Below are positions 28,101 to 44,952 of a DNA stretch of 64,000 nt, piece by piece; within the stretch, counting starts at the first letter, position 1; each line of letters starts with the position of its first letter. The position numbers were made by a program, and so were the translations under genes. The notes below the pieces were generated by a model. It saw only the letters and a program-made list of their open reading frames with translations. It was not told the origin of the DNA and made no database searches. Source of the DNA: Tubiluchus corallicola (Eukaryota > Animalia > Priapulida); contig JAQGDQ010000120.1 of NCBI GenBank assembly GCA_030141605.1, positions 310,001 through 374,000 of the forward strand, written 5' to 3'.

Positions 28101-29219
28101 AACGTCACGCACAATTAAAGTTTACGAACTATTATAGGTAAATAAACCCACGACTTTCATTGTAAATACAAGCAAAAATCCACTTTGACGAGCATCGAAT
28201 CAAAATAGCAGGTAAGAATGTGTCACCCTGTGTTTGGTGCTTATGCTACACATATAAAGCACCATTACAATGTTATACACCAGAACAAACAAGTCTGACC
28301 ATGAAGTATGCTGTGTTTTAGGCAATGCTGTTTAGTAAATGAAGTGAATGATAATCCTCAGTAATATTAGCAGTACACTATGCTAGATCTACTTGTTAAC
28401 ATTGACGGCATTCATAAAATCTCTTAAAAGTTAGTTTAGATGCTTATTAAAACTCTCAAAACTTAGTTTGTTTTTTAGACGTCTACTAAATATCTTAAAA
28501 GCATTTTTTATCCCGCCTACAGAGATTTAAAAATTACAATTTCATTGAAACGTTAACTCTTCGTGTACAAATTATCGACTATTAATAAACAAAGATTAAA
28601 TGCTAAAAATGGTAAATGCAAAGAATATTGATAACTAATAAGTTAAAGACAAAACGCGAATTAGATTTTTAATTACATGATCTTTAGCTACATGAGAATA
28701 AAAATTTCATTTAGTCAAAAAGTTCTCAATATTTTTGATGTGACGTGACACAAAATGTGTTTTCCGTAATTGTCCTGTGACAAAAATTGCCGTTGGCATG
28801 GAGGGATCGTTTTGCAGTAATACTAGCACTTCTTAGTTATGTCCAGGCTTTTCTCAGTTAAATTTGTGATGCATAAACAGCCACGTTACACAAATTTACT
28901 GCAAGTTTTCGCATCTAAACTTTAACTTTTAATTTTATTGTAACTAAATTAAAACGCAATGTGCGAAAACATGATGTTTCTACCTGGTATAAAACTCTGA
29001 ACTGCTGCCAGTTATCGTTATAGCCGAATTGAATGTAGCGAACAAGCTCAACGCCACGGGTAATACAGGCAACTTGCGATCAGCCATCAGAAATTCAGAT
29101 GTTGTTTGCTGCTTACCGCCTCGCAATGCATAAAATATTCCTACAGCAGCAGATATGATCAGAGTTGCAGCAAAAACAACGTAGTCCCAAACACCAAACA
29201 GCTTCACTGTCTCAGGCAT
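18505..29219 (-). CDS. Sodium:solute symporter, SLC5A5/6/8/12-like (NIS/SMVT/SMCT clade), paralogue A, ~568 aa, 14 exons
   Basis: Exons on - strand: 29219-28984, 28077-27969, 27664-27596, 25994-25875, 25499-25419, 25306-25233, 24401-24261, 23495-23366, 23035-22950, 21745-21565, 21286-21200, 20934-20768, 18838-18735, 18626-18505 (1707 nt, phases consistent). Family motifs: [82 protein letters not shown]. Confidence 0.93.
19410..20500 (+). mobile_element. Decayed 3' part of a non-LTR retrotransposon (RTE-X/L2-like)
   Basis: [33 protein letters not shown], a LDYGCEV remnant, and YLVNVKN...[17 protein letters not shown], all typical of the LINE ORF2 C-terminus. Boundaries approximate. Confidence 0.8.
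25044..25160. repeat. (ATGTGT)n hexanucleotide microsatellite
   Basis: Directly visible. Confidence 0.98.
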
Positions 29220-30144
29220 TATTAAACAACGAAATTATCGAACCAACTTACACCAAATTATTGAAATTTACGTAAATAATAGTAGGTATACTGATCACTA
29301 ATCAGTAATCAGCTAATCGCAAATCCACTGACATTTTTTACGTTATCGATGTCGTTTGATCTTTACGAAAAACACATTATAAGCCTAATGTCCGCAGTAA
29401 ATGCATCTCGTATCTTTACCAATTGCATTGCTCAGCTTGTGCAGACATTTTTTTACATTTATACCATTCTTAAACCACATATTTGCCTCAGACTTCGCTA
29501 CCTCATACACATAAAAGCACAATTCAATCGAATGTTGCTGAAAACTTTTACGAGTCACTGCTCATCAGCTGACGAACCTCACAAGCAGTACTAAGATTTC
29601 AATAAAATTAAAGCTAGAGTAAATTTCTATCCACATGGTTTAACTGGTTAGGCAAAAGAAAAAACAAACCTAAAACAGGTTTGTGTCAAACAGTTACGGC
29701 GCATTATGCCGGAATTTGTCTTGTGTTTTGTATTATAATAATACGATTGAATGTCAAATTCGAGCATATACACTGCTAACTAAATAATACAGTAAATAAG
29801 CAGCATTATGGCTACGAATGTAGTCATATAGTATATATAATTTTTGAAAGTATATGGTAATTTTATATCACTAACATGAACGCTAAAACTTATTGGCAAG
29901 CTGTAATTGCCCTTAGCCTTGACGTAGTATTAAGGTAATTTTTCAATACCTGGAGGAGATAATGCTACTACATGATCGCCTTAGAATTCCTTTCATATCA
30001 TACCAAGCTCCAAACGTTACATACAATTTAGACTTTGCTAAAAAAACTTCTGGAGTTTAGCGAAGACACCTCTGCCACATCAGTATATTATCTGTGAAAC
30101 ATATATTTATCTTTGATCTAGATTCTATCAGCAGTATCTACGCT

Positions 30145-30501
<357 letters not shown>

Positions 30502-31090
30502 CAATAGCATAGCAGCAGCAGTCATGGTGCTGTTTTTATTCTCTATAAAATGCTCTATACAGCAGAGCTAAAGTGACGTTTTTATACAAGCCTGTGCACA
30601 GCAAACACAATTCCAGCACTCCAGGAGTCAATCGTGCAGGATGAGATACTGACCTGGCAGTGCTGTCTTTTCCACGTTGGAGGTACATACAAAATCCCTC
30701 AACTAGGTAAATAGCTGGGCCTTGTTGCAATGAAACTACCAAGAAACGGTTTTTCTAGCAGCCAATCTTCCATTTACTGGCCATTTACTGACCGTAACCA
30801 TTCAGCGATTTCCTTTGCATCTCCAATAAGTTCACTGAATTAACGTTAACAGGTATCAAATGTAACAGGGTAACAACTAGTGAATAAAGTGAGGCAACAA
30901 TAAATGGGTAAATGACCGCCAGGGAAATCGCTTCTGGTTAATTTCATTTGCCATATTGTTTGTGACTACTAATCTCGTTGAGATAGGATGGATACAGTCA
31001 CATCCAAAAGTGACTTAGATATTGATGGTTCAGTATCCTCTTACAGGTTTGATAATGAATTACGCTCCGGTCATGCCACGATCACCATTA

Positions 31091-31197
31091 GGGCGCGTTC
31101 AGACGTGGAGACTTGTCTCGCAACTTGTTGCAACGTGTGAACGGCTTGGCAACTGTGCAACAGGTTGCGAGAGAAGTCTCTATGTCTGAACTCGCCA
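31091..31197. mobile_element. 107-bp hairpin MITE, PIF/Harbinger-like
   Basis: ~42-bp imperfect TIRs (GGGCGCGTTCAGACGTGGAGACTTGTCTCGCAAC.. vs TGGCGAGTTCAGACATAGAGACTTCTCTCGCAAC..) with TTA on both flanks. Confidence 0.75.
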
Positions 31198-33204
31198 TTA
31201 CAATAGGTAGGTCTCGAATCTGAGTGCGCTTTAACTTGCAATGCGTCAAACTGTATAAATAAATTTACTGGTTTGAATTAGCAGCATTAGCGATAAAATT
31301 CTATATTACTGCTTTTTGACTGCATGCTGAGATAACTATACAGCATTAATTATGCAAATGAAGTTTGCCCACAAACAGTATTTTCTTTCAGAATATCGTA
31401 AATATAATAGTGGATATATTTAGCTTTATTTTTGTGTATCCCAAGCAATTAAATCAGTTTTTGAGTGATGTAGTTGTGTTGTGAGATTAATGACTCAATC
31501 AAAACTAGTCTAATCTATCTGTTTGCGTACCCTACCAAACCTCTAATTTCATGTAATTAATTGCCAGAGTCCTACAAGGTCAATTTGGCTTATGTAAAAT
31601 TTGCTTGATCACTTAATATTGTTTGTAATACATTATTGTTATGCTGAAGAATGACCAATGGAATGAAGCGTTGCCACTACTCTGCTTACAGTTACATAAT
31701 AAAATGTTTAAAAATGCTACGAATGCTTTGAAATAAAACAAGTTTACTGCATGTATTCTGTTTTAGAAGGCTGTGTGGAATTCAAGCTATAAATTATGTA
31801 ACTGGTAATATAGTCGATAAACTCGGTTAAACTTGTTTGAGACTATGATTTAAACAATAAACTTTCCACAAAGCAGAAATGATTGCAACACAAAGTATAG
31901 AATAAAATGAAAATGTATAATATTAAAAGCATGCGCAAAAAATTCTGTAACCATCTTAAAATTGTTCACCTTACATTAATCGAAAATTCATCAGTTTAAT
32001 TACGTTTGAACAGGTTTTTATTGCAAGATATATTAAAAAATGTCCCTATATAGGAAGGTCCCTGCATGGAGTCTAGACCTCTAGGTTAGTGCGCAGAGAT
32101 AGCAGTCAGCAGTTGTCTATATTAGTGCTTAAGGTGGTAACTGTTGTAAATTCACAAACACTTATAATAGACTCTCCAACCATTTTCTGTGGTTTCCATT
32201 TTACCATTGTTAATCATGGCCGAATAAAGTTTAATATAATGACGTACGTTTCATTTCACTACTGCTTAAGTATTGACCTACATTAATTAGAGTTGACTGC
32301 TATATAAACAGTAAATTAATTTCTTTATTTTTTGATGAATTCAATGTTGAGAAAAAAGATTGATTATCTTTCTCCGAAATGAAACATCGAATGATTGTAC
32401 AACTCAACAAAAAAGACTTAAAGAAATTATAGATTTCATGGTGTGCAGGAAAACTGAAAATATACATAATCATAATCATAAAGCCAATTTTTTGTTTCCG
32501 GGTTAAATACTCTATCCATTGATACTTTAGCTCATTTGTTTTCTAGTCTTTTCAATTTTCTGTTCTTACTGGTATTTACAAAAGCATATATTTTAGGTTA
32601 AAGCTTTGTTATGAGCTTGGTATTTTGGTTAAAAGCTTGGATGAATCAACGTATTGGGGCGTCAGTGGTCTAAAACGCTGTACTAGCAGATTAATGACCT
32701 GAAAGAACAGACATAAGACCAAGCAACCAAATGGTACCACACGCTTGACACAAAAAATTAATCTTTATGTCAAGCGCGTCCTGAATTACTCTACAAACGT
32801 GGTCCAAATTTTGAGTACAAGACAAGCAGTCGCGATTTGACAAAATGTTAAACAAGGAATAATTAGCGATGGTTGGTCACAAAAGTCTGCAGGGTAAGAC
32901 TAAACAATGCAGCTCTACTTGTTGCGTAGTTTGTCACCTCTTCCAATATGCATTTTACTACTTAGGATGGCAGAAAGCCTAAGGTAATTTAGAACACCCA
33001 GCTTTAGTTGATATATTTAGACTGATTACTGTCCCAGTTACACACTGAAGTCTAGGTTATATAAGTCGGATGGTACAGCTCAGTTGCCATAATCAAAGTG
33101 TAACCATACACCTGAAACAGCAAAACTGCAACTATAACGCCTGCCTGGTGGAGGGATCGAGTTCGGTAGCTCTAAGACCTAATAATAAATTCTGACCTAG
33201 CACC

Positions 33205-38694
<5,490 letters not shown>

Positions 38695-39304
38695 ACTGTC
38701 TGATTTGTTTCATTTAAATTCATTTTTGTTTCAGTACCTCATTTACACTGTCCCAACGTGCATTTTTTTCTTGATTCATATGCTTTATAACTGGACTGTT
38801 CGTGTACATGTATAGAGGCTATAAAAGAACTACCTATAATTTATTGATTTTATTAACTATTGTTCTTTTACAGAATTAATTTTGCTGTGTGATTTAAATT
38901 TTTATAATGCTATCAATTCAGTTATTATATTCCATTAACAATTGTTATGTTACTAGTGCCGTGTTACTGTTATTCCGTTGCTGTTGTTATTCCGCTGTTA
39001 TTCAATTTTCAAATAAATGATGCAATATCAGACATGTTAGGTTTGCCAAATAGTACAAATTTTAAACAACTGGCTTTCATTTTTTTTGTGCTAGCATTAT
39101 AAAGCATCACAGCAAAGAATAGGCTACCGAAGCTGTCTTAAATTTTAAAGGAAATTTCATTTAAAATTTTCGGTTAGTATGATTATCCGAAATTTTAATT
39201 TCGCATATACTATGGCTGTGCACTACGATACACTACCGAAGTGTTTCTACATCGAAAGTAGATGTAACGTTATGTTGGCACACTACGTTAAAAAGAACTA
39301 AACA

Positions 39305-39657
39305 ACCAGGATTATTATCCATCTGACACCTGTTTCGGTTTTGCTACTTAAATCAATTGTTTCAAGTCAAGTTTCACATTTGAAATATGACAGATGTTTT
39401 TTCGTGGGACATACACGGAGTCGTCTGTCAAATCATTTCAATTATCACGATAGACATCTTAATAATTATATAACAGGTCATAAAACACCTCATTGTAATA
39501 AGTATTACGAAGTTTACTAGAATATTACTAGAAGTTCACCATGATATTCAAACGCAATGAATGCTGTCGGGAGAAGGGAAGAGCCTAGCTTTCGAGCCCA
39601 TCACCAAAGTGTGGTGCTACACGTATCGTTAATAACATTAACACAATTTAAAGATTG

Positions 39658-39691
<34 letters not shown>

Positions 39692-40085
39692 AGCTTACAT
39701 GACTACACCTGTAAAGGCCATTGAATAAGGCCTAAAATGTCTCCAAAATGTTATTAGGGTGCCTCGGGTCGTCTGATCAAATGAACAATATCAACCAAAG
39801 AAGGTTATCTAAACAGGTCGATCAAACCATTGGCTACCTGTTGTTGGACTTGCATGACCAGGCAGCTGAACGTGTGTGAAAAATGGCAACTAAAGAAAAC
39901 GACCAAGAAGACTGATTACTATCGTCATAACTAGTTGCAACTACCATCAGGAGTGTTATCTGAGTGACAGCTATCTCGGTTTTGCTAGTTAAATAAGTTG
40001 TTTTAAGTCAAGTTTCACATTTGAAATATGACAGACATCACGATAGACATCTTAACAATTATAAAACATAAAAGTCATAAAACAC
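39305..40085 (+). repeat. Pair of diverged direct repeats (39305-39488 and 39946-40085)
   Basis: Shared TCGGTTTTGCTA.TTAAAT....GTT(T)..AAGTCAAGTTTCACATTTGAAATATGACAGA and ATCACGATAGACATCTTAA...GTCATAAAACAC; the first copy has an extra ~50-bp internal segment. Confidence 0.85.
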
Positions 40086-40385
40086 TGCAGCGCTTTTCAG
40101 TGAGGTATATTCGTTTGAAGTATTCACTAGTAATCTATGCGTTGGATACTCGAAATAGGTTTCGTCATTTTTGCATTTTAGTAGATTAGAAGATCTGCAC
40201 ACTTTGTATATTTAATTATAAACACTAGAACCCTTAATATATTTGATTAATTTACGTGAATTAAATAGTCACTTATTTAATTCTTATACTTTAGCTAAAT
40301 AGTGACGTGAGAGAAGGGTCATGTAGAATGCAATATATATATATATATATATATATATATCAACTAGCTAAGAAAAGTCCCTTAC

Positions 40386-40621
40386 CTGGTGTACCATTCC
40401 GAACTGTTTCCCGTTATCATTATAGCTGAATTAAAACTGGCCAAAAGACTCATTGCCACAGGTATTACAGACATCTTGCGATCGGCCATGAGGAATTCAG
40501 ACGTTGTTTGTTGTTTACCGCCTCGCATAGCATAAAATATCCCCACAGCAGCAGATATGATTAAAGTTGCAACAAAAATAAGGTAGTCCCAAACACCAAA
40601 TCGGTTCCTTGTCTCAGGCAT
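40386..40621 (-). CDS. Solitary, intact SLC5A exon 1 (alternative first exon or duplication relic)
   Basis: Encodes [49 protein letters not shown]..., is 236 nt and phase 2 exactly like exon 1 of paralogue A, and has a GTAAG donor. I found no further SLC5A exons between 40385 and 29220. Confidence 0.8.
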
Positions 40622-41449
40622 TATTGATGGGTGTTACGTAGAAAATAATTTTCCAGCGGATTTTGTTCACTTAATATAAGCAATTAATCCTGGGTATCAT
40701 GCGCTTATAAATGTATCTGCCCAGTTGCAAAAGAACCCAAAAGCTAAAACAAAAGTGATCTTTTTTGTAATACATAACACTTCACATTAAATTTTTGGAC
40801 GCACAAAATAATTAAATGGCAAAATGTGGGAGTTGTTCACTATAGATAATACCTCAGACACTGCAATAAGCGAAGTGTTTGAACAATCAATATTGATCCA
40901 AAAAGAAATCTTGCTATCAAAAGTTATAAAACAGGTTTATAATGTTAGTTCATATTTACAAACTTCGGCATCTCTATGCTATATGATAGTATATAAGTGC
41001 TACTAGATCAGAAATTTCAACTAAATGATTTATAATTTACCAGAAAACGATTACACTTACTAATCTTATTTTGAACACAGTAATTATCGTTTCCAACTGC
41101 CTCGCTTTGCTTGATATGTTACTAGTGGCTTTTAAATGTCAAAGCCCGTTTCGAAGGGATGATAACAGTTCTTGTAAGTAGTCGTTTAGAAGTTAGGGTA
41201 ACAGTATAAGTTATTTCACTACGTGTACTGTGGGCGAGTGTTTGCATATCCGTGACAATGTTCACTAGAACTTAGGTTTTGGTGGATTTATTGGTGAATT
41301 AATTAAGTTACAGAGAAGCCTACTCCGTTGTTAATTAAAGGTTGACGAGGTGAAGTGCTATCCATGTTGCCTTGCATGGTTTAAATTGAAGACTTATTTC
41401 TCCTCCTTTTAAGCAATAGATTCACTGATGAAACAATTTTTAGAAACAA

Positions 41450-43690
41450 TATTTAGAAACAATTTTCATTGAAGTACATGCTAGCAAAGATACCAATTGA
41501 ACAGTTGTTCTGTCTACAGGTCATTTGGCGACGATCCCACGTTTCACTGAACAGTTATCTAATTTATTGTCTACCACAGCCCGCCAAAAGAAATAAATGT
41601 ATATTCTCGGTGATTTCAATGTTAGTGTACGATATTTATTAAGTTTTTTATGACAACACATGAAGCTGCATCTTATTTTTTAAATACCATTGCCTCCAAT
41701 AGAACTTTTCCTGTAATTACTCAACCGACACGCATAACACCTAACAGTACAACATTTACAGACAATATTTTTACTAATGTAATTGCACATACAGGCCTTA
41801 TTCAAATCTGGGAATCTACTTCTTGATATTACAGTCATTTGCCAAACTTTTTGATAATTGATCTAAATATAACTCCACCTCAGTTCTTAAGATACGACAA
41901 AACACTCTATAATAACTGTATTAAATGCAGATTAATTTCTAATTTGGATAATATTAATTGGAATGATGTGATCTGCAAATGATCACAAGAAACATATAAT
42001 TTATTTCTAAACAAATTTCAGATCATACATTATAACAATATAACTGTAGCTAGTAATTCCGATACAGATACTGGTGCTAATAAAAAAACAACACCGCCAT
42101 TTTAAATACTAAATACATATAGTATTAAACGTAAAAGTAAAATGACCAACCATTTTCTCAGGAAAACAAAATTATATTATATTTATATTATATTATATTA
42201 TATTATATTATATTATATTATATTATATTATATTATATTTAAATTATATTAAAAATTTAAACATTCTTGAGTACAAACAGTAAAGCAATAGGGGTTTAAC
42301 GACATAATGAAGTTTTCTAAATCTAATTGTGTCATCAAAATAAACTAAAACATGTCAAATCTAACTTGAAGAAAAGGTGGATTTTTATAAAAAAAAAATA
42401 TTATATAGACAAATAGAAAATTAGCTTCATATCTCTTGAAATAAACAATAAATTAATAACTGATAACATGTCCGTCGCTTGTGCTTTCAATGAGGCTTTG
42501 AATGAGAATTTCTCGAACATCGGTCAAAAATTAGCTGAAAGAAATCCAAATACAGGCTCCAACTCTTAAGTCTTCTCTTTTTTCAGTTCGGTTACAGTGA
42601 CAGAAATAAACCCGATAATAAAATCGTTTAGTTGCAATAAAGAAACTAGTATAGATATTCTACTTAGAATCACAATAGACGTTAGCTGCTCGCTTAATAA
42701 GTATACCTGACCACCGTCTGACTGCTCGCAGACAACAGGAATAGTATATACCTCATCAACTCAGATAGTGTCATTATGCATTTAAAACTAAGGACATATT
42801 AGACATAGCAATAGACCCATATCCTTGCTAGGCTTGTAAGATATTAGAGAAAGTTGTCTGTAAACATTATTAGATCATGTAAATAAAAATAATATTCTAC
42901 ATAACTAACAGTATGGCTTTTGAAAGGGTAGTTTCGCGCAGTTAGCCCAAATAAATAACATAATTAGAATCCAACATTGTTACCACTGACATTTTTGCGA
43001 CCTTCCATACAGTTAATCATGATGTATTTTTAATTATGTTCATTATGGCGTTAGAAAGGCCATATATTTGTGGTTTTAAAAAATATCTCAATGGCCGAAC
43101 TCAAGTAGCTAAACGTAATAAGTCCCTCCGACGAAGAATTAATCACACATGGAGTTTCTCGGGGATCCATTTGGAAGTTGTTTTGTTTTTAATGTATATT
43201 AATGAATTACAATACTCCATTACAAGTACTGAAAAGCCCTTCCAATTTGCTGACGATACAAGTATTTTCTTTGAAATTAATAGTAAGCTATTGGACACTA
43301 ATATGCTTAAGATTAAACCTAATAAAATTTATAACCTGGTTTAAAATTAGAGAATTAGCATTTTATCCAGCTAAAACTAAATGTATTTATTTCAGAGTTC
43401 GTGACAAACTTACAAATATGAATAATATTATAAAAATTGGTAAGCATGCTGTCGAATGTGCAAATGGAAAAAGTTTCTAGGTTGTATCTTATATTAACAC
43501 TTAGACTAGAAACAACACATAAATGTGATTCATTCAAAAACTACTGAAACAGTGAATAATTAAAATCTGTTAAACATTGTTTTACTAAAGAGAATCTAAT
43601 CACAGTTTATATTTGTCTAGTACTGCCATACTTAAACTGCTGTAATATACTTCGGACACACCTACTCTACATCTCTACGAATTTGGCATT
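41450..43690 (+). mobile_element. Decayed CR1/L2-clade LINE ORF2 (APE endonuclease + RT)
   Basis: ILGDFN (~41603), PTRITPNSTT..DNIFTN (~41725), AFNE.F.NIGQKLA, RPISLL, and LFLMYINEL...FADDTSIF (~43250), with numerous frameshifts. Boundaries approximate. Confidence 0.82.
42172..42248. repeat. (ATATT)n microsatellite inside the LINE relic
   Basis: Directly visible. Confidence 0.9.
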
Positions 43691-44952
43691 TTGAAACTCA
43701 ACTGTATACTTAACTGATACTTATAGCTTATGTGGAATCCATATCTGATGGCGAAAACACCCATGACACTACTTCATGCAGGATGTTAAGATGGCTGTCA
43801 AGATGACTGCAGCTTCAACAGTGGGCAAAACGATTGTATTCACTCACGACGAACAGATACATTTCAACATGGACTAAGTAAACAGATCGTCAGCATGGAG
43901 TTTGCGCTGACCAAATCACAAACAGACGGACACTCGTCTTCTACCCCATGCTACTGACTACGTGGTGCTGGCAACCAAGACTAAAACGCATCACGATCAA
44001 GTCTGTTGATACTGATATTATTGCTTTTGCTTTTACGGAAACCAAATACAAAATGAGATGTAAAATGTTAACGGATATCCCTGCTGTGCGAGAGTCAGGT
44101 GAACTATACAAGTGCCTCATAAAGAAAAAGAGGTTAGGAATTCGAAGGAGATTAGAAACGCGCGCATTGTCATGCATAAATTCATCAATGTTTTCCTTTC
44201 AATTGAGACTACGAGACAATAAGTTTCCAGAAATAACAGAACCGTACAAAATTGTCACGTTAGCAAAATAGCATGGTTACTCGCCGTGCACTTTCAAAAA
44301 ACTCAAAAATTATCAAAACTCTAAGGATGTCTTTAAGGTTTACCGAAAATTACAACGACAAGACAAGAATAAACAATGTTATTTCAAACCATGATTCATA
44401 ATAACATGTAACACAGTGTTAAAACTCAGAATTCAGAGTGAATGTTAAGATATAATAAACAGCTTAAGAAACCACTAGGTTAATATAACATACAAATAAA
44501 CCCATTGTTAACATTTGTTTATTGCTACTGATGCTCATTGTTTAAGTCAAATACGCTGATTTGCAGTAAATAAGCCCTCTGTTTGTATCTTGTATTAAGT
44601 TTTGACGGTTCTTAAAATTAATGGTGTTTACTTGTGCACCACGTGTTTCCTTTTCTAACACTGAAATTGCAGTTTTGGGTTAAAAGTTAAAATATTTTGT
44701 AATTTCTAGAGACAGTTGAGAAAAAGTCATGATTTTTAGGACATTCTGACAGGATAATGATCTGTCGGGTCGGGTAACAAATTTTTAGACGGTATTACAA
44801 ATTGTCTGTTCATTACAAATCTTCAGAGATTTCTGGTTTTTAAAATATTCAGCATGTTGGGCTTGTGAGCTGCTAGTTGAAACTCCCCAATATTTCTTTA
44901 ACTTAATTTTTTATCCCGATTAAGTTCATCTCAATTAATTACCAATTTTAGT

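Noticed and set aside
40386-40621. Orphan exon as a scrambled or trans-spliced exon 1 of paralogue B
   Set aside because: B's exons 1-2 can simply lie beyond position 64000, and exon 2 would still be missing; cis-splicing to A or a relic is simpler.
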